Source of the DNA: an uncultured bacterium
Lineage (GTDB): Bacteria > Hydrogenedentota > Hydrogenedentia > Hydrogenedentales > JAEUWI01
Direction: 5' to 3'
NCBI GenBank assembly: GCA_963977445.1
Contig: CAXBPH010000025.1
Coordinates: 1 to 41,179 of the forward strand
DNA length: 41,179 nucleotides
Shown here: in pieces, positions 36,022-41,179 of the stretch
Layout: the number at the start of each line of letters is the position of its first letter
Numbering within the stretch: the first letter of the stretch is position 1
Position numbers and translations under genes: made by a program
The notes under the pieces: model-generated
What the model saw: only the letters and a program-made list of their open reading frames with translations
Told to the model about the DNA's origin: nothing
Database searches by the model: none

Positions 36022-38634
36022 ATGATTTCACCTGATATACGCGAATTTTTGAAAGTGCTTGTCGCCGAAGGTGCGCTGGCGTTGCTGATTATATATGGCA
36101 TGCAGATCCGCCATGAGCTCCGCCAGAAGATGTGGATCACCGGGGTAGCCCTCGTGCTTGTCGCGGCGGTAGCCGTCGGTGCCTACTTCGAATTCGGTTG
36201 GAAGCGCTACGGCACCTTCATGAACAACCACGACTTTTATCACTATTACACGGGCACAAAATACGCACCGGAAATCGGCTACTACAATCAGTACGCCGCC
36301 TCGCTGCTGGCCGATCACGAGCAAAACAAGGTTTTCGACACCAAGAGTTCCGTGCGCAATCTCGAAACCCACGGCTACACCCCAACCCGCGAGATTTTCG
36401 CCAACCAGGATGCCATCAAGGGACGCTTCACCCCAGCGCGGTGGGAAGAGTTCAAGAAGGATATCCTGTACTTCCAGAAACGGGTTCCCCAGGCCAAATG
36501 GCAACAAATGCTGCGGGATAAGGGCTACAACGGCACCCCGGTCTGGTCTATGGTAACGGGCACCTTCACCAATTCCATACGCACCAGCAACGACCCGGGC
36601 ATGTCCGCATTAATCGCCGCCGACCCGATTATTCTGGCCATCATGTTTCTATTTATCTGGTGGGCCTTCGGCCCCTGGACGGCGCTCTTTGCCATCGCTT
36701 TTTTCGGCACGAACTTCGTCACCGATTTTGTCCATATAAAGGGCGCGCTGTTTCGCATGGACTGGATCGCGTGCATTGTCATTTCCATGTGCCTGGTCCA
36801 TAAGAAGTGCTTTGGACTCGCCGGTGCTGTCCTGGCCTATGCGGCCGCTGCCCGTATTTTTCCTGCGGTCTTCCTGTTCGGTATGGGTAGCCTCGCGTGT
36901 TGGGATTGCCTGGCAACCCGAAAGATAAACCGGGACTACCTTCGCTTCTTCGCCACCTTTTTCATCACCGCGACCCTTTTGACCGGTCTCTCTTACCTCT
37001 ACTATGGCCCAGCGCTGTGGCATGAATTCATTGTGAAAATTGGGGTTCACAATAAGGACATCTCAACGACACGGGTCGGATTTAAGTACATCTTCCTCTG
37101 GCCCTTCGAAAGTTTCGGGGACAAGGTCCGGGGTTTCGAGGCCCACCAGACGGCATGGTGGTGTTGCCAGGGGGCCATGCTTTTCATCACCTTTTTCGCC
37201 GCCCGGAAATTGAAGCCCTATCAGGCGCTCGGCCTTGGTTTCGTGCCCGCCTTCTTCCTGACCGCACCCACCTTCTACTATTACATCCTGTTAATCGCCC
37301 CATTGCTCGTGTTCCTGCCCGAACCCAAACGCGCGAGCAACGTAGTTGGTGCCTCCCTGTTCTTCATCACCTCCATTGCGGGCTACGGCCTCCATATGGT
37401 CTATGAACTCAATTTCACCTTGTGCTTCCTCTTGTCCTCCATGTATGGCATCATCTGCCTCTATATGGTTGGCGTGAACCTCATGCCCGAAAAACTGATT
37501 GGCTTCGCGAAGGCAAAGCTCCCCCGTCCCTCCGGGATGGTGAAGCATTTTGCGGGAATCGCTTATGTGGCCCTCCTCGTCGGGCTCTTCCTGGCCTATC
37601 GGGGCACACCGGAAAAGAAGGAGGTCCCGACCCCGATACCCACCGAAGCGGCCCCCACGCCCGTCGATCCGGCGGCAAAGACGCGGGCCCTTCGGGAATC
37701 CATGGGGAAAAGCATTGCGGCACCCCGAGACGACGCCCCGTCCATCACCTTGGCACTCGTGGGCGATATCATGCTGTCACGGGGCGTTTCCCGCGATCTG
37801 GAAGCCAGAAAGCTGGACTACACCTACCCCTTCCTCGCCACAGCACCCCTGTTGCAAACCGCAGACATCGCCTTTGGAAATCTGGAGTGTCCCGTGTCAG
37901 GGCGGGGCGAAAAACTGGACAAAAACTACACCTTCAATGCCGCCCCCGAGGCCGTAGAAGGCCTGACCTTCGCCGGTTTCGATGTCTTGTCCCTCGCCAA
38001 CAATCACACGCTGGACTATGGGCTGGTCGCGCTGGATGACACGATTCGCATTCTCTCGGAAAACGAAATCGTCGGTATAGGCATTTCTGAGAAGGATGGT
38101 CCCCAGGAACCCGCCATCCTGGAGCGCAATGGCATTCGGGTGGGATTTCTGGCCTATGTCGATCCCAACTCACCCTTTGGCGATGCGAAAGAGTTTCTAC
38201 CTTTTGAAAAAGGGCCCGTGAAAGCCCTGGAGGCGTCGTTGACCCGGGATATAGCCGCCCTGAATGAAAAAGTAGATATTGTGGTGGTTTCGATTCATTG
38301 GGGCATCGAATATATGGACGACCCCGATGAGGCCCAAATTGCATTGGGCCAGTTTGCCATTGACCAGGGTGCCGATATCGTGGCGGGCCATCACCCCCAT
38401 GTGCAGCAGGAACCCACCTGGTATAAAGATGGACTCATCATTTACAGCATGGGGAATTTTGTGTTTGACCAGCGGTCGCGCCCCAAAACGCTGCTGTCGC
38501 GCCTATACACGGTGACCTTGACGAAATCGGGTCCGACTTTCGCGCAATACCGTCCTCTGGAACTGGTTATAAAGGATTGGCAACCACGGCCAACGGGCCC
38601 CCAATATATCCCGCTACCCAAGCCGGGGAAGTGA
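36022..38634 (+). CDS. Fusion of a multi-TM GT-C/GT87-like domain and a CapA (PGA_cap) metallophosphatase-fold domain
   Basis: Multi-TM N-terminal part ('DFYHYY', 'RIFP'), Pro/Thr linker, then 'VGDIML', 'GNLE', 'LANNHTLDYG', 'HWG', 'GHHPHV' and 'YSMGNFVFD'. Confidence 0.8.
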   Translation: MISPDIREFLKVLVAEGALALLIIYGMQIRHELRQKMWITGVALVLVAAVAVGAYFEFGWKRYGTFMNNHDFYHYYTGTKYAPEIGYYNQYAASLLADHEQNKVFDTKSSVRNLETHGYTPTREIFANQDAIKGRFTPARWEEFKKDILYFQKRVPQAKWQQMLRDKGYNGTPVWSMVTGTFTNSIRTSNDPGMSALIAADPIILAIMFLFIWWAFGPWTALFAIAFFGTNFVTDFVHIKGALFRMDWIACIVISMCLVHKKCFGLAGAVLAYAAAARIFPAVFLFGMGSLACWDCLATRKINRDYLRFFATFFITATLLTGLSYLYYGPALWHEFIVKIGVHNKDISTTRVGFKYIFLWPFESFGDKVRGFEAHQTAWWCCQGAMLFITFFAARKLKPYQALGLGFVPAFFLTAPTFYYYILLIAPLLVFLPEPKRASNVVGASLFFITSIAGYGLHMVYELNFTLCFLLSSMYGIICLYMVGVNLMPEKLIGFAKAKLPRPSGMVKHFAGIAYVALLVGLFLAYRGTPEKKEVPTPIPTEAAPTPVDPAAKTRALRESMGKSIAAPRDDAPSITLALVGDIMLSRGVSRDLEARKLDYTYPFLATAPLLQTADIAFGNLECPVSGRGEKLDKNYTFNAAPEAVEGLTFAGFDVLSLANNHTLDYGLVALDDTIRILSENEIVGIGISEKDGPQEPAILERNGIRVGFLAYVDPNSPFGDAKEFLPFEKGPVKALEASLTRDIAALNEKVDIVVVSIHWGIEYMDDPDEAQIALGQFAIDQGADIVAGHHPHVQQEPTWYKDGLIIYSMGNFVFDQRSRPKTLLSRLYTVTLTKSGPTFAQYRPLELVIKDWQPRPTGPQYIPLPKPGK

Positions 38635-38807
38635 TTAACGGTTAGGGCGGAGGCCAAGACGAGGCAGTCCTCATGGCGACCAGATGCACCGGCCGGGTCC
38701 GTGCTTGCCACGTCATCCGGGAGCACGGCGTCGTCGGGCACGTGGTAGTCACGGGGACTGGCTCGCGTTTGGTTTCTGTGGTAGCATGGGTAACGTAATG
38801 GCGAGAG

Positions 38808-39746
38808 TTGAATGCTGTTCGTAGCGATTACGGCGGTGACACGCGTGCCTGTCCCGGCAGTGTTGGATGGCGTCTTGGCAGCCTTGTCACACCGACATCG
38901 CGACGTACTGCCGGTACAGCCTCGGCGAAGACGTGGCACTCGTTGGGAAACGTGGCGGAGGTAGACCTATCGCTGACTTGCCTGACCCAGCATGGCCCGC
39001 GCCGATGCAGTCCCCAGGACGCCATCGGCTCCACGCGGGGCCTGTGGGACGATTCGGGGGATCGCCTGGGCAAATACGACTATACCCCCTTCGGCGGCAA
39101 GCTCGCCGAGAGCGGCGTGGACATCACCCGGAAGTTCACCGACCACGATTGGGACAGTGAGGCGCGGTTGTACTATACTGCCTATCGGTATTATAGTCCC
39201 GATAGTAACCGCTGGCTCACGCGGGATCCCCTGGGCATGGTCGATGGACCGAATGTGTATGCCTATGTGGTGAATAATCCGGTGAGTAGGTGGGATGCGC
39301 TGGGGCAGTGTGGAGGTGGTGCAAGTATTGCTGATACAGTGTCAGATTGGGTCTTGTCAGGGGTGTTTCTTACTCTTTGTCTGTATACATTGTATAAGCT
39401 CGCCAAAGTGATCCGGGCCGCTGCCAAGGCGATGGGGCGCCAAAACTCTGTCGGCGCGTCCCTAGAGAATTGCGGAATATGTATTCTGGCGGCAGTAGCA
39501 TCATATGTGGCAATGAACTTGGATCCATCTACAGGACTGGGCGAACTCGTGGGCCGTACACTAGCGTTCACGTGCGGGGCATTCTGCGTAGCGTCGTTTC
39601 TTTCCATTGAGGTGCTCACCAACACTCTATGGGCCACGCAGAGCTTCGTGTACAGTCTTGTTCCGGGTTTGGCAGGCCATGCATTGGCCGGAGGACTTGC
39701 TGGGTGGAGTTGCTTCAGTTTTATTAAGAAAGTCATAGAGTTATGA
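38808..39746 (+). pseudogene. Orphan/truncated RHS repeat-associated core with a variable C-terminal toxin-like domain
   Basis: 'QDAIGSTR', 'YDYTPFG', 'KFTDHDWDSEARLYYTAYRYYSP...RWLTRDPLGMVDGPNVYAYVVNNPVSRWDALG'. No upstream YD-repeat body and no convincing start; composition turns AT-richer after DALG. Confidence 0.8.
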
Positions 39747-39907
39747 GTGTATGTTTCGTGGCCCTTGGTTGTGGGTTGAAGGTCCCGTGTCTTTAGGCAA
39801 TATTTTTTTACACGGATATTTGAGAGCTTACCGATGATTGGTTAGGAAATTAACGTGAACGGCTCTTGACAGTCTTGGTTTGCCATCGCATCTAAAGTGG
39901 AACTTTT

Positions 39908-40243
39908 ATGAAAACTTTGTTCATCGTTCTTGGGACACTAATTTTCGCCGTGACAATTTGGTCAACTATAAGTCTGAGGAAGTCTAGAAAAGATAGTGCC
40001 AACATGGCGGACCCTGTCCTTCAAAGGTCACGACGATATGAAGTTTTAATATGTGGATTTGTTTCTGTCTTGTACACCAGCATGTACTTTACAAGAGGTG
40101 ACCTGTTAGACCTTACGTTGTGTGTTTTGGTCGCTACATATATTGGGTATGGAAACTATATATCTATCGAGATGAGAAAGACTGAGAAAGGAATGGACAG
40201 GGACCTAGAAATCTTGCGGGAAAAGCCTTTTGAAAAGCTATAG
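39908..40243 (+). CDS. Small membrane protein, candidate immunity protein
   Basis: 111 aa, about 3 hydrophobic helices, AT-rich, downstream of the RHS tip. Confidence 0.55.
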   Translation: MKTLFIVLGTLIFAVTIWSTISLRKSRKDSANMADPVLQRSRRYEVLICGFVSVLYTSMYFTRGDLLDLTLCVLVATYIGYGNYISIEMRKTEKGMDRDLEILREKPFEKL

Positions 40244-40264
40244 CAAGTGGTGGTCACAGGGGGC

Positions 40265-41116
40265 AGATTCAACCGTCAAGCGCAACAATGGCCTCTTGCA
40301 GGACTTCGTTCGGTGTTCGGTAGTTGAGTGACTTTCTGAATCCTGACTTGGATCATGGGTTTCTCCTTGGGCCGCATGTAGATTACCATCCCCCTACAAC
40401 CGCCCAAAGATGCGAATCAACCGCGATGGGGAAAACTGTGATAAAGCTAGTGGAGAAAGTGGCAGTGGTGAATGACGCTATGATAAATGACGACGAGATT
40501 ATAAAAGTGTATTTTGGCGAAGAAGGCTATGAGTACTTTAACCAACAATTTACCAATGAGAAGACGAAACTTTCGAGGCTCGTTGAGCACCGTAGTCATG
40601 ATATTTTGGATACGTTTTCCTTTTTGCCCAAGAATTTCTCTCAACAGGCGATAGATGCGGAGAATTATAGATGGAGCCTCGGTATGAGTCTGGAAAACTC
40701 GCCTACAAGGCCTCCGCTTGTAGATTTCATTCGTGACTATATTAAAGCGGCCCCCGAGAACGTGTGCGTGATGGAAAACGCGGACTTTAGAAAAGAAGAC
40801 CCTAAGGATTCGAGACTTAAATCTCGAATGTTTTTTCACGAGTCTAATGTGTTTCACATTTCCCTTCCTGGAGATTCACCTGAGCAGATAGACTATGAAT
40901 TACTCGTATCCGGGCGCATAAGGTGTTTCCTAGCGATGTTGACGTCCCCAAACGAGCACTTTGCTGCGCACCCAGAAGGCGGTGTGGACTTTAGCCATCT
41001 AGACGTATTAGTTCAGAACGCCAAGTTTCTCATTACAACGGCATGGGATGAGGAGGGGTACCTGATAGCGCAATTGCGTGATGAATAAACCAGAGGGGAA
41101 CTAGATTCAACCGTCA
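40265..41116 (+). repeat. 14-bp direct repeat AGATTCAACCGTCA at 40265-40278 and 41103-41116
   Basis: Exact copies, each preceded by a G-run and each within about 15-22 nt after a stop codon. Confidence 0.75.
40324..41088 (+). CDS. Hypothetical protein, candidate orphan immunity protein (true start may be 40426 or 40480)
   Basis: AT-rich ORF in the RHS island; C-terminal 'TAWDEEGYLI'. Confidence 0.55.
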   Translation: MSDFLNPDLDHGFLLGPHVDYHPPTTAQRCESTAMGKTVIKLVEKVAVVNDAMINDDEIIKVYFGEEGYEYFNQQFTNEKTKLSRLVEHRSHDILDTFSFLPKNFSQQAIDAENYRWSLGMSLENSPTRPPLVDFIRDYIKAAPENVCVMENADFRKEDPKDSRLKSRMFFHESNVFHISLPGDSPEQIDYELLVSGRIRCFLAMLTSPNEHFAAHPEGGVDFSHLDVLVQNAKFLITTAWDEEGYLIAQLRDE

Positions 41117-41179
41117 TGGAATATAGGGACATCCATGATAGATAAAAATCAAGTAGCAGATTAGGCGTTCTGCCACCGC

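Noticed and set aside
38808..38940. N-terminal part of the RHS ORF as genuine coding sequence
   Set aside because: TTG start without a Shine-Dalgarno and non-RHS-like residues; probably decayed sequence.

Overview
About 41 kb of GC-rich bacterial chromosome from a diderm organism (TolC and a beta-barrel protein are present). The gene families suggest Ca. Hydrogenedentota or the PVC group, which is inference only. From left to right the window holds: secreted carbohydrate-active-like genes and a VOC gene (1-6.9 kb); a speD-like/deoxyhypusine synthase-like polyamine pair (7.1-8.6 kb); a tightly coupled 7-gene minus-strand redox operon (9.05-20.97 kb); a 51-aa small ORF with its own promoter and terminator; TPR and DJ-1/PfpI genes; a 5-gene copper-type metal cluster (23.3-28.0 kb); hydrolases, a membrane-anchored MutS-like ATPase and two divergent GT-C-type membrane proteins (one fused to CapA); and an AT-richer orphan RHS toxin tip with putative immunity genes. 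The redox operon is the most notable system. It encodes a pentaheme cytochrome c, an outer-membrane beta-barrel, a membrane-anchored FAD/NAD(P)H-[2Fe-2S] reductase, a tetraheme cytochrome c, a cNMP-binding/4x[4Fe-4S] protein, a ferric-reductase/NOX-like di-heme membrane protein and a decaheme cytochrome c. Together these look like a complete, possibly cyclic-nucleotide-gated, trans-envelope electron conduit. No rRNA, tRNA, CRISPR array or intact transposase was recognised. Several start codons were revised from the ORF track using Shine-Dalgarno and overlap evidence.
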